DNA of 36,689 nt, taken from contig CAZJCB010000002.1 in the NCBI GenBank assembly GCA_964544245.1, positions 1-36,689 of the forward strand, read 5' to 3'. A program made the position numbers and the translations under genes. Shown one piece after another: positions 17,958 through 26,118 of the stretch. The notes below the pieces were generated by a model, which saw only the letters and a program-made list of their open reading frames with translations, was not told where the DNA came from and ran no database searches. This stretch comes from an uncultured Christensenella sp. (GTDB taxonomy: Bacteria > Bacillota > Clostridia > Christensenellales > Aristaeellaceae). Position 1 is the first letter of the stretch. The number at the start of each line of letters is the position of its first letter.

Positions 17958-20372
17958 ATGAAATTATCACTCAACTGGCTGCGCCAATACGTCGACTTGC
18001 CTGAAGACCTCCGGGTCGAGCAGCTGTCCCACGACTTGACCATGCGCACCGTCGAAGTGGAAGGCGCGAAAGCGCTTGCCCAAGCGCTCAACGGGATTGT
18101 TGTCGGCGTCATCACGGATATAAAGGAACATCCCCAGGCTGACATGCTGCGCGTCTGCGAGGTCGACATCGGGCGGGATACGCCATGCACCATCGTGTGC
18201 GGCGGTACCAACATCAGGACCGGAATGCCAGTCGCGGTCGCCGTTCCCGGCGCAAAAGTACGATGGCATGGGGAGGGCGAGCCTGTCACCATCAAAACGA
18301 CGAAACTCCGCGGCGTCAAGAGCGAGGGGATGATCTGCGCCGCGGGCGAGCTGGACCTGGAAGACCTGTTCCCTACGGAAAACGATCATGAAATCCTGGA
18401 CTTGTCAGACTTCCCCGCCAAATCCGGCGACCCGGTCGCCAAAGCGCTCGGGCTGGACGACTTTATCCTGGAAATCGACAATAAATCGCTGACCAACCGC
18501 CCGGACCTTTGGGGCCATTACGGCATCGCCCGCGAACTGTCTGCCATCTACTCCCGCCCCCTCAAACCGCTCCCAGATTTCGCCCGACCGGAAAACCTGC
18601 CGGAATTCCCAGTGACCATAGAAGACTCGGAGCGCTGCCGCCGGTATACTGGCGTTGTATATGAAGGGCTCCAAAACATTACCTCCCCTTACTGGCTCAG
18701 GCTGGCGCTCTGGAAGACGGGGGTAAGGCCCATCAGCAGCCTGGTGGATATCACAAATTTCGTCATGCTGGCGGTCGGCCAGCCGACGCACGGATTTGAC
18801 AAGGACAGCGTCAGGCGTGAAATCGTCGTCCGCAGCGCTCGCCCGGGCGAAAAACTGACCCTGCTGGACGGAAAGTTACTTTCGCTCACAGCAGATGACC
18901 TGATGATTTGCGACGCCACCGAACCCATCGCCCTGGCCGGCGTCATGGGCGGCGAAAGGGATTCCATCCTGCCCGGCACCAACGGGATGCTGCTTGAAAT
19001 CGCCAATTTCGAGCCCATCGGGATCCGTCGCAGCGAGAGCCGTTTCCAGTTGCGCACGGAATCGGCTATCCGCAATGAAAAAAGCCTGGACACCCAACGG
19101 GTCGACCTGGCTATGGCAGCAGCGGACCAGTTGATCCGCAGGCTCTTTCCCAAGGCGCGCATCACCGCGTACACCGACCGATATCCTGTAAAGACCTGCA
19201 GCCCTGTCATCAATGTCCGGCTGGATTGGCTCAGCACGAGGCTGGGCAGAGCACTGAACGCCGGCCAGGCAGCCGCAATGCTCAAGCCTCTCGGGTTTAT
19301 GGTGAACGAGGGTGAAACCGGACTGCTGATCACGGTCCCCACCTGGCGCGCGACAGGCGATGTCTCGCTGAAGGAGGATGTCCTGGAAGAAATCGCCAGG
19401 ATGATCGGCTACCATCATTTTGATTTCATCCCGCCGTCTGTCTCGCTGAACAAGGCGGTAAAGCAGCCTCATGTGTCGCTTGAGCGGAAAGTCCGCGAGT
19501 ACCTGGCATTCCAGTGCGGAATGCAGGAAGTGTTCACCTACCCTTGGGTAAGCATGAAGTATGTCGCCGCCGCAGGCATCCCGCCAGAAAGATGCCTTGT
19601 CCTGTCCACACCGCCTTCACCGGATACCTCGCACCTGCGGCCTTCCCTTGTCCCGGGAATGCTGTCAACCGCGGCGCTCAACCTGAGGTATTTTGAGGCA
19701 TTCCGGGTTTTTGAATTGACCCAGGTCTTTTCGCCCGGAGAAACGCATCCCAGCGAGGAGGGCGAAACCCTTCCACTGCAGCGACGTTTCCTGGCCGCGG
19801 GAATTATCGGGCAGGAACCCGAAAGACTGTTCCGGGAAGCGAAAGGTGTCCTTGAGTATCTCCCCCGCGCTGTCATGGCGGAGCGCTTCTCCTTTGAGCA
19901 AGTGGAGCAACCAACCTGGGCGGACGGAAAAGCCTGGCTGAACGTCCTGTCAAATGGGGCGGTCATCGGCTCTCTGGGGCTGGTGTCGCGGAAAAGCACG
20001 CGCGCGGCCGACATCAAACGGGCTCACATGGCGCTCCTTGAAATCAACATGGAAGGAGTTCTGCCGCTGCCCTCGCGCAGCAACCGCTTTGAAAGCCTCC
20101 CGATGTTTCCGCTCGTGGAGCAGGATTTCTCGGTTGTGCTGGATGAAAGCATCCCGTGGCTGCAGATCAGCTCCCAACTGGAGAGCAGTGTAAAGAACAT
20201 AGAGTTCATCGAGGAATACCGCGGAAAACAGATACCGTCGGGAAAGAAATCCGTCATGTTCCGCGTTCGCTTCGGTTCGGATGAAGGGACGATGACAGCG
20301 GCCCAGATTGATGAAAAGATGAACGCCATCATCAGGAAAATCAGGAAACTGGGTGGCGAGGTCCGCGGATGA
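17958..20372 (+). CDS. pheT: Phenylalanine--tRNA ligase beta subunit
   Basis: MKLSLNWLRQYVDL N-terminus, tRNA-binding OB domain (VVGVITDIKEHPQADMLRVCEVDIG), B3/4 and B5 regions, C-terminal FDX-ACB-like domain. 804 aa. Confidence 0.95.
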   Translation: MKLSLNWLRQYVDLPEDLRVEQLSHDLTMRTVEVEGAKALAQALNGIVVGVITDIKEHPQADMLRVCEVDIGRDTPCTIVCGGTNIRTGMPVAVAVPGAKVRWHGEGEPVTIKTTKLRGVKSEGMICAAGELDLEDLFPTENDHEILDLSDFPAKSGDPVAKALGLDDFILEIDNKSLTNRPDLWGHYGIARELSAIYSRPLKPLPDFARPENLPEFPVTIEDSERCRRYTGVVYEGLQNITSPYWLRLALWKTGVRPISSLVDITNFVMLAVGQPTHGFDKDSVRREIVVRSARPGEKLTLLDGKLLSLTADDLMICDATEPIALAGVMGGERDSILPGTNGMLLEIANFEPIGIRRSESRFQLRTESAIRNEKSLDTQRVDLAMAAADQLIRRLFPKARITAYTDRYPVKTCSPVINVRLDWLSTRLGRALNAGQAAAMLKPLGFMVNEGETGLLITVPTWRATGDVSLKEDVLEEIARMIGYHHFDFIPPSVSLNKAVKQPHVSLERKVREYLAFQCGMQEVFTYPWVSMKYVAAAGIPPERCLVLSTPPSPDTSHLRPSLVPGMLSTAALNLRYFEAFRVFELTQVFSPGETHPSEEGETLPLQRRFLAAGIIGQEPERLFREAKGVLEYLPRAVMAERFSFEQVEQPTWADGKAWLNVLSNGAVIGSLGLVSRKSTRAADIKRAHMALLEINMEGVLPLPSRSNRFESLPMFPLVEQDFSVVLDESIPWLQISSQLESSVKNIEFIEEYRGKQIPSGKKSVMFRVRFGSDEGTMTAAQIDEKMNAIIRKIRKLGGEVRG

Positions 20373-20410
20373 ACAAACAGACCGGTCCGCGCGCCCGGAT
20401 CCCAAAATGT

Positions 20411-20432
20411 AACCGCCCGGAATCGGGCGGTT
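20411..20432. terminator. Hairpin between convergent pheT and punA (possible bidirectional terminator)
   Basis: AACCGCCCG-GAAT-CGGGCGGTT is a perfect 9-bp stem with a 4-nt loop. The flanking T/A tracts are poor (CTTCGTC on plus, ACATTTT on minus). Confidence 0.4.
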
Positions 20433-20469
20433 CTTCGTCAGCTTGGCAAGTTATCCCGATCCCCCGGGC

Positions 20470-21309
20470 CTATATCTCCAGGCTTTCCTCTTCGGGCATC
20501 GTATCGATGACGGCATCCACCAGTTTTCGGAACGGTACTTTGACCGCTTCGCCGACCGCCAGCACTTCCTCATGATTGATCGGCGCGTCCAGCACGCCTG
20601 CCGCCATGTTGGTGACGCTGCTGATCCCCAGCACGCGCATCCCGCAGTGACGGGCGACAATGGTCTCCGGGACAGTCGACATCCCGACCAGGTCGGCACC
20701 CAGAATCCGGGCCATTCGAATTTCGGCCGGTGTTTCAAAGCAGGGGCCGTTCATCCAGCAGTAGACGCCTGTTTTGATATCTATCCCAAGCTTGCGCGCC
20801 TCCTCCCTGGCCGCCTGCTTCAGCCCGCGGTCAAAGGCGTAGGTCATATCCGGGAACCGCGGGCCAAAACGGTCCAGATTTTTCCCGCGGAGAGGATTCC
20901 GTCCGGAGAGGTTGATAAAGTCATCGATGATCACCAGGTCCCCCGGACTGTAGCTTTCGTTGACTGCGCCGGCGGCATTTGTGACAATCAGCGTCTTGAC
21001 ACCCAGCAGGCTCATCACACGCACCGGCAGGGTGACCTTGTCCATGCTGTAGCCTTCATAGCTGTGAAACCTGCCGGACATCACCAGCACCCGTTTGTCC
21101 CTGATGGTGCCGACGACAAACTTGCCCGCATGGCCGGATACGGTGGAGACAGGGAACCCGGGAATCTCTCCGTATCCAATCTCAACAGGGTCCATCAGCC
21201 CTTCCTCATAGCCGCCCAGACCGCTGCCCAGGATGACGGCGACGTCCGCAGGTCCGCAGCTGTGCAAAATGAGGTTCGCCGCCCTCCTGATGTCTTTGTA
21301 CTCAGTCAT
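20470..21309 (-). CDS. punA: Purine nucleoside phosphorylase (PNP/PunA type)
   Basis: ILGSGLGG, MSGRFHSYEGYSMDKVTLPVRVM, VTNAAGAVN, GMSTVPETIVARHCG. ATG 21309 forms a UGAUG overlap with the deoB stop (the ORF opens at GTG 21312). Confidence 0.9.
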   Translation of the reverse strand: MTEYKDIRRAANLILHSCGPADVAVILGSGLGGYEEGLMDPVEIGYGEIPGFPVSTVSGHAGKFVVGTIRDKRVLVMSGRFHSYEGYSMDKVTLPVRVMSLLGVKTLIVTNAAGAVNESYSPGDLVIIDDFINLSGRNPLRGKNLDRFGPRFPDMTYAFDRGLKQAAREEARKLGIDIKTGVYCWMNGPCFETPAEIRMARILGADLVGMSTVPETIVARHCGMRVLGISSVTNMAAGVLDAPINHEEVLAVGEAVKVPFRKLVDAVIDTMPEEESLEI

Positions 21310-22478
21310 CACAATCCCTCCAGTTCACTCAGGAAAGACCTTGCGCCATATCGTTCCTCTAGTCCAAAGAAAGCCGAAACAGCAGCCGCGATGTCCGCGA
21401 AGGTATCCAGGTCGCCCAGGTGGCGGTGCCTCTTTACGCCACGCTTCCAGACCAAAAGCGGAGCGTGCTCGCGGGTGTGGTCCGTGCCCCGGAACGTGGG
21501 ATCACAGCCATGGTCCGCCGTAATGATCAGCAGGTCGCCGCCGCGCATTTTCGCCTGGACGCCCGGCACCGCAGCGTCAAACTCCGACAGCGCTTTCGCA
21601 TAATTCGCTGGGTCCCTGCGGTGCCCGTGCACCATGTCAAAATCGACAAGGTTGACAAACAGCAGGCCGTCAAAATCACGGTCCATGTACTTCAACATTG
21701 ACTCCGTGCAGGCTTTGTTTCCAGCGGCGTGGTCGCTTTCCGTGATGCCCCGCCCCGCGAAAATATCCTCAATTTTCCCGACGCCGATCACGTCATGCCC
21801 GGCGGTCTTGAGGCCGTCCAGGACGGTCTGCCCGGCCGGCTGAAGGGAAAAATCCCGCCGCGCGGCCGTTCGCCTGAACGCGCCGGCTTCCCGCCCGGCA
21901 AAAGGCCGCGCGATGACGCGGCCCACAGCAAGCTCATCCGTCAGCATTTCCCTGGCAATCCGGCACATTTCATACAGTCGTTCGTTTGAAATGACCGTCT
22001 CGTTGGCAGCTATCTGGAAAACCGAGTCCGCGGAAGTATAAATAATGGGGAACCCTGTCCGAATATGTTCCTCCCCCAGTTCGTCCAGGATCGCCGTGCC
22101 GCTGGCGGGCTTGTTGCCCAAAGTACGCGTGCCGATTGCCGCCTCATAGCGTTTGATGAACTCAGCCGGGAACCCATCCGGAAAAGTCGGGAATGGCCGT
22201 GCAAGCCTGAGCCCGGCGATCTCCCAGTGCCCAGTCGTCGTATCCTTGCCCGGGGAGCGTTCCCTCAGCCTGGCGCTGAGCCCGGCCGCATCCGGATGCG
22301 GCGGGAGGCCGGCCTGCCGGATGTGGCCAAGGCCCAACCGTTCAAGGTTTGGCAGGCGCAGGCCGGCCGCCTTCACTATATTCCCCAGGGTGTTCGCGCC
22401 TTCGTCCCCATACGCCCCTGCATCCGGCAAGGCGCCGACTCCGACGGAATCAAGAACAATCAATATCACTCGCTTCAT
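21309..22478 (-). CDS. deoB: Phosphopentomutase
   Basis: MKRVILIVLDSVGVGALPDAGAYGDEGANTLGN, NLVDFDMVHGHRRD, ITADHGCDPT. ATG 22478 is preceded by GGAGGAAATGAC. The ORF extension to 22526 was discarded. Confidence 0.9.
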   Translation of the reverse strand: MKRVILIVLDSVGVGALPDAGAYGDEGANTLGNIVKAAGLRLPNLERLGLGHIRQAGLPPHPDAAGLSARLRERSPGKDTTTGHWEIAGLRLARPFPTFPDGFPAEFIKRYEAAIGTRTLGNKPASGTAILDELGEEHIRTGFPIIYTSADSVFQIAANETVISNERLYEMCRIAREMLTDELAVGRVIARPFAGREAGAFRRTAARRDFSLQPAGQTVLDGLKTAGHDVIGVGKIEDIFAGRGITESDHAAGNKACTESMLKYMDRDFDGLLFVNLVDFDMVHGHRRDPANYAKALSEFDAAVPGVQAKMRGGDLLIITADHGCDPTFRGTDHTREHAPLLVWKRGVKRHRHLGDLDTFADIAAAVSAFFGLEERYGARSFLSELEGL

Positions 22479-22576
22479 GTCATTTCCTCCAGGGGCATTG
22501 TACACAGTATTAGTCCCCTCGGGCAAGGGTTTTGGAAAAACACGGGATGGAGTATACTGAAAACCGAGGTGAGCGG

Positions 22577-23683
22577 ATGAAATTTATCGCGACGGCGGCT
22601 TTCGGCCTGGAAGGCCTTGTAAAAAAAGAACTGGACAATCTTGGGCTTGCCGCCAAAGGAGAGCAGGGCGGCGCGCGATTTACGGCGGACATCGCGGGCG
22701 CGTTCAAGGCCAACCTCTGGCTAGCCTGCGCAGACCGGGTGCTGCTGGTCCTGAAGGAAGAAGAAATCAAGAGCTTTGAGGCTTTGTTCGACTTCGTCCT
22801 GTCCGTGCCCTGGGAAGAGTACCTGCCCCGGGACGCCGTGTTTCCTGTCAGCGGCAACTGCGTGCGAAGCCAACTGATGAGTGTGAGCGACTGCCAGAGC
22901 ATCACGAAAAAGGCCATTGTGGAGCGCCTCAAGCGCAGGCACAGGACGGACTGGTTTCCCGAAAACGGAAGCAAGTACCCAATTTCCATCACGATTCACG
23001 ACGATGCCGCGCGCCTGACACTGGACACCTCCGGCGAAGCGCTGAACAAGAGGGGATATCGGACCTGGGTCGGGGAGGCGCCTATCCGTGAAACCCTGGC
23101 AGCCGCTCTTGTGCGCCTGGCTCCCTGGCGTCCCGGGCAGGTTCTGTATGATCCTTGCTGCGGGACAGGCACCCTTTTGATAGAGGCCGCCTTTCTGGCC
23201 TCGAACCGGGCTCCCGGTCTAGCCCGGCGATTCGTAATGGAGGACTGGGCGATCAGCGACAGAAACGCGTGCCAGGCCATGCGAAGAGAGGCTGAAGAGC
23301 AATACTGCCCGCAGAACATCACGGGAATCAGCGGGAGCGACATCGACCCGGAAGCGCTGAACCTGTGCGGACGGCATCTCCTTCAAGCCGGCCTGCGCGA
23401 CCAGGTCAAAGTCACGCAGATGGATTTCAGGGATGTCAGGCTAAACGCGAAAGAACTCTGTTTCATTACCAACCCGCCTTACGGCGAACGGATGGGGGAC
23501 CGGAAAAAGTCGGCTGTCATCGCGGCCGCGCTTGGACGCCTGCTGGGAAACCATCCAGGCGCCACCCTTTGCGCCATCACCTCCGATCCCGCCTTTGAGC
23601 GGCAGGCCAAGCTTCGCGCCGCCACCCGGCGGAGGCTCTACAACGGGCGGCTGGAGTGTGAATTCCTCGTGATGAAAGGTTAG
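22577..23683 (+). CDS. THUMP-domain class I SAM-dependent RNA methyltransferase (RlmL/YpsC-like)
   Basis: N-terminal ferredoxin-like/THUMP region (MKFIATAAFGLEGLVKKEL), SAM-binding DPCCGTGTLLIEAA, catalytic ITNPPYGERMG. A GAGGTGAG SD precedes ATG 22577. Confidence 0.85.
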   Translation: MKFIATAAFGLEGLVKKELDNLGLAAKGEQGGARFTADIAGAFKANLWLACADRVLLVLKEEEIKSFEALFDFVLSVPWEEYLPRDAVFPVSGNCVRSQLMSVSDCQSITKKAIVERLKRRHRTDWFPENGSKYPISITIHDDAARLTLDTSGEALNKRGYRTWVGEAPIRETLAAALVRLAPWRPGQVLYDPCCGTGTLLIEAAFLASNRAPGLARRFVMEDWAISDRNACQAMRREAEEQYCPQNITGISGSDIDPEALNLCGRHLLQAGLRDQVKVTQMDFRDVRLNAKELCFITNPPYGERMGDRKKSAVIAAALGRLLGNHPGATLCAITSDPAFERQAKLRAATRRRLYNGRLECEFLVMKG

Positions 23684-23685
23684 GT

Positions 23686-24180
23686 TTATTCCCGCACGGT
23701 GCCGCTTTCCACAAAATCATCCCGGGCTTCGGGCAGCCTGTCGCATACCATCAGCAGGGCATCCTCCCCATTGTCCTCATAATACTTTTTCCGGACGCTG
23801 ACCTGTATAAAGCCAAGCGAGCGGTACAGCGCGATGGCGGCACGGTTTCCGGCCCGTACCTCCAGGGTCATGTAGCGCACGCCCAGATTGGCGGCGTACT
23901 GCATCAGCGAACTCATCAGCAGGCGTCCGACTCCCTGCCCGCGCGCCTGCCTGACCATCGCCACGTTGGTGACGTGCCCTTCATCCATGATGATGTGCGC
24001 ACCTGCGAAACCAAGCACCTTCCCGTCTTTTTCAGCGACAAAATACCGGGCGACAGGGTTCTCAGCCATCTCAAACTGAAAATCCGCCAGCGACCAGGGA
24101 CGCGCGAAGGTATCTTCCTCGATGCGCGCCACGTCCGCTGCATCTGCGAACGTCATGCGGCGAAGCCTAAGCCCTTCCAT
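23686..24180 (-). CDS. rimI: Ribosomal-protein-alanine N-acetyltransferase (GNAT)
   Basis: GNAT acetyl-CoA motif VRQARGQGVGRLLM, LEVRAGNRAAIALYRSLGF, and genomic context directly after tsaE-tsaB. Alternative start at ATG 24156. Confidence 0.85.
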   Translation of the reverse strand: MEGLRLRRMTFADAADVARIEEDTFARPWSLADFQFEMAENPVARYFVAEKDGKVLGFAGAHIIMDEGHVTNVAMVRQARGQGVGRLLMSSLMQYAANLGVRYMTLEVRAGNRAAIALYRSLGFIQVSVRKKYYEDNGEDALLMVCDRLPEARDDFVESGTVRE

Positions 24181-24856
24181 CTTTTTGCGCCCTGAGTCGC
24201 TCCGCCTGCGGCGCGCGCAGGTACAGGGGAAGAAGCTGCCCGGGCTCCACCGCGCTGTTCATATGTTCAAACGCGATCCCTGCGGCGGAAGCCGCGCCGG
24301 GCAAAACGAGGTGAGCGGGAACAAACAAAGCCCTGCTCCCCAGCCGGTCTGTGATCAAGCCGCGGCCAACCGCCAGCCCGTCCCCCAGGAAAACCAGGGG
24401 GGTTCCCAGCGGCGAAACCGTGTCCAGAAAGTCTCCGAGCATCATTGCGCTGTCGGGTATCAACCTCGTACCGTTCATGAAAGCTGCTCCGTAGACCTGC
24501 CCGGCGCGCGCGTCACGGATCGTGCAAACAACGCCGCCTGGACCCCAAACGCTACGCGCCATCGCCTCCAGTGCGTTGACCGGCACGCAGCGGATGCCCA
24601 GGCCGCGCGCGATTCCCTGGGCCGCGGCAACGCCGATGCGCACGCCAGTGAATGAACCGGGCCCAACCACAGCGGCAATCAGTCCGATGTCACCAAGCGC
24701 CCTGCCTGACTTGTTCAGCGCCTCCTCAACCATGGGCATCAGGCTGCGCGAATGGGTGAGTTTGTTTACCGCACGCGCCTCATAGAGCAGCTGCTGTTCC
24801 TGCGAAACCGCGACGCTGCAGGACGGGCCGGATGTGTCAAGGGCAAGGATGGTCAT
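24167..24856 (-). CDS. tsaB: tRNA t6A37 biosynthesis protein TsaB
   Basis: MTILALDTSG, GPGSFTGVRIGVAAAQGIA. 229 aa, overlaps tsaE by 20 nt. Confidence 0.9.
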   Translation of the reverse strand: MTILALDTSGPSCSVAVSQEQQLLYEARAVNKLTHSRSLMPMVEEALNKSGRALGDIGLIAAVVGPGSFTGVRIGVAAAQGIARGLGIRCVPVNALEAMARSVWGPGGVVCTIRDARAGQVYGAAFMNGTRLIPDSAMMLGDFLDTVSPLGTPLVFLGDGLAVGRGLITDRLGSRALFVPAHLVLPGAASAAGIAFEHMNSAVEPGQLLPLYLRAPQAERLRAQKDGRA

Positions 24857-25322
24857 GGCTTGATTTCCTCTTCAGGCTTTCACTAAGGTTCATGGCACGG
24901 AAGCCTCCCCTGCGGATGAAACTGACGCGGCGGGCATTTTCACCAACCGGCTCCATGACCACCTCAAGGCAGTCGCCGGGGAGCAGTTCCGGCGCACGTT
25001 CATGCCACTCAATCAGGGTCAGGCAGTCTCCCCCGATATACTCATCAAGTCCGGCGGCATAGATCTCTTCTGCATCCTGAATGCGGTACCAGTCAAAGTG
25101 GTGAAGCGGACCCTCCGCTGTCTGATATACGTTCAGCAATGTGAATGTCGGGCTGGATACCGGTTCCGAAACCCCGAGGCCGCGGGCGACACCCCTGGCG
25201 AATTCGCTTTTGCCCGCGCCAAGCGGGCCTGTCAGGAGCAAAACATCCCCCAGCCTGAGCAGGCCGGCCAGGCGTTCTCCCAGGCTGAGCGTTTCAATCC
25301 TTGACGTCGTGATGTGAGACAA
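24837..25322 (-). CDS. tsaE: tRNA t6A37 biosynthesis ATPase TsaE
   Basis: LLLTGPLGAGKSEFARGVARGLGV P-loop, SPTFTLLNVY, HFDWYR, LIEW. TTG start at 25322 lies 29 nt inside the ribU 3' end. Confidence 0.88.
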   Translation of the reverse strand: MSHITTSRIETLSLGERLAGLLRLGDVLLLTGPLGAGKSEFARGVARGLGVSEPVSSPTFTLLNVYQTAEGPLHHFDWYRIQDAEEIYAAGLDEYIGGDCLTLIEWHERAPELLPGDCLEVVMEPVGENARRVSFIRRGGFRAMNLSESLKRKSSHDHPCP

Positions 25323-25896
25323 TGTCTTGTTCAGCTTCCCTGAGCATCATGGACAGGCGTTTGTAAAGCGCGTAGGCAATCAGGCTGTTCAGGAGGCCTT
25401 TGATCAGGTTGAATGGAACGACGGCGCCCAGCAGGTACCCTCCCAGGCTCATGCCCATGCCTTGCATGACGTTTTCAAATGCGGGGCCGAAAAAGGTCGG
25501 CAGCAGGATAAACAGGTTGGAGAGAACCCCCGCTGCAACCATCAGCACGATGCCGATGCCCATGCCGACCAGCGCGGACCTGCGCATCCGCCTTCGCCTG
25601 TAAATCAATGTCGGAGGCATCAGGAATGCAAGTCCGACAATCAAGTTCGCCAGCTCGCCGACGCCGCTGGTTGTCCCCCCAAGGATATGCACCAGGTTGG
25701 TGACCAGCAGGGCAACAAAGAGCATCGCCGGGCCGCATGAGAACCCCAGGAGCAACAGCGGCGTAAAGGAGAAATCAAGTTTGAGCCACGGGGCAAAGAA
25801 CGCAAGCGGGATTTCCGGGAAGTAGCTCAGAATGATGGCCAGCGCTGCCATCAGCGCCGAGTAGGTCAGGTTGACGGTTCTGTTCCTTTTCTGCAT
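25294..25896 (-). CDS. ribU: ECF transporter S component, riboflavin (RibU/FmnP-like)
   Basis: Polytopic membrane protein (LTYSALMAALAIILSYF, LKLDFSFTPLLLLGFSCGP, VPFNLIKGLLNSLIAYALY) directly downstream of an FMN riboswitch. ATG 25896 has a GGAGGG SD. The ORF-track start at 25911 is a TTG inside that SD. Confidence 0.8.
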   Translation of the reverse strand: MQKRNRTVNLTYSALMAALAIILSYFPEIPLAFFAPWLKLDFSFTPLLLLGFSCGPAMLFVALLVTNLVHILGGTTSGVGELANLIVGLAFLMPPTLIYRRRRMRRSALVGMGIGIVLMVAAGVLSNLFILLPTFFGPAFENVMQGMGMSLGGYLLGAVVPFNLIKGLLNSLIAYALYKRLSMMLREAEQDIVSHHDVKD

Positions 25897-25910
25897 GATT
25901 CTGCCCTCCA

Positions 25911-25943
25911 ATCAATAAACGCCCCGGGAGACTTACCGGGGCG
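25911..25943 (-). terminator. Intrinsic terminator forming the expression platform of the FMN riboswitch
   Basis: Minus strand reads CGCCCCGG-UAAGUCUC-CCGGGGCG (8-bp GC stem, 25943-25920) followed by UUUAUUGAUU, immediately before the ribU SD. Confidence 0.75.
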
Positions 25944-25959
25944 AACTAACGGGCTTCTG

Positions 25960-26072
25960 CCTGTCTTCTCTCATCCAGACTGTACTGTCGGCCATGGAAT
26001 CGCACCATGTCAGCCTCTTGGCTCGCGGGCTTTACCGCCGGTGGGGACTTTCACCCCGCCCCGAAGACACTT
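25960..26072 (-). promoter_or_regulatory. FMN riboswitch (RFN element) aptamer
   Basis: Minus strand reads GUCUUCGGGGCGGGGUGAAAGUCCCCACCGGCGGUAAAGCCCGCGAGCC..GGUGCGAUUCCAUGGCCGACAGUACAGUCUGGAUGAGAGAAGAC. This matches the conserved RFN core almost element by element. P1 is GUCUUC (26068-26063) paired with GAAGAC (25968-25963). Confidence 0.92.
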
Positions 26073-26089
26073 GGTTTTCAATTGGCCTT

Positions 26090-26118
26090 ATCTTATCACG
26101 GCAGTTTGAACCCGTCAA
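26090..26118 (-). promoter_or_regulatory. Putative promoter of the FMN-riboswitch transcript (TTGACG-17 nt-TAAGAT)
   Basis: Minus strand has TTGACG (26118-26113, overlapping the stop codon of the upstream kinase gene), a 17-nt spacer, then TAAGAT (26095-26090), about 20 nt before the aptamer. Confidence 0.5.

Noticed and set aside
20443-21603. 386-aa plus-strand ORF spanning the punA/deoB junction
   Set aside because: Antisense to two well-supported genes and running across their boundary. The low-complexity Arg/Pro/Gly/Ala/His-rich sequence has no motifs, so it is a high-GC artefact.
22553-22558. Palindromic AGTATACT in the deoB/methyltransferase divergent region as a possible operator
   Set aside because: The 8-bp palindrome simply supplies a TATACT -10-like hexamer on both strands. 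It is too short to argue for a regulator site, and no regulator gene is nearby.
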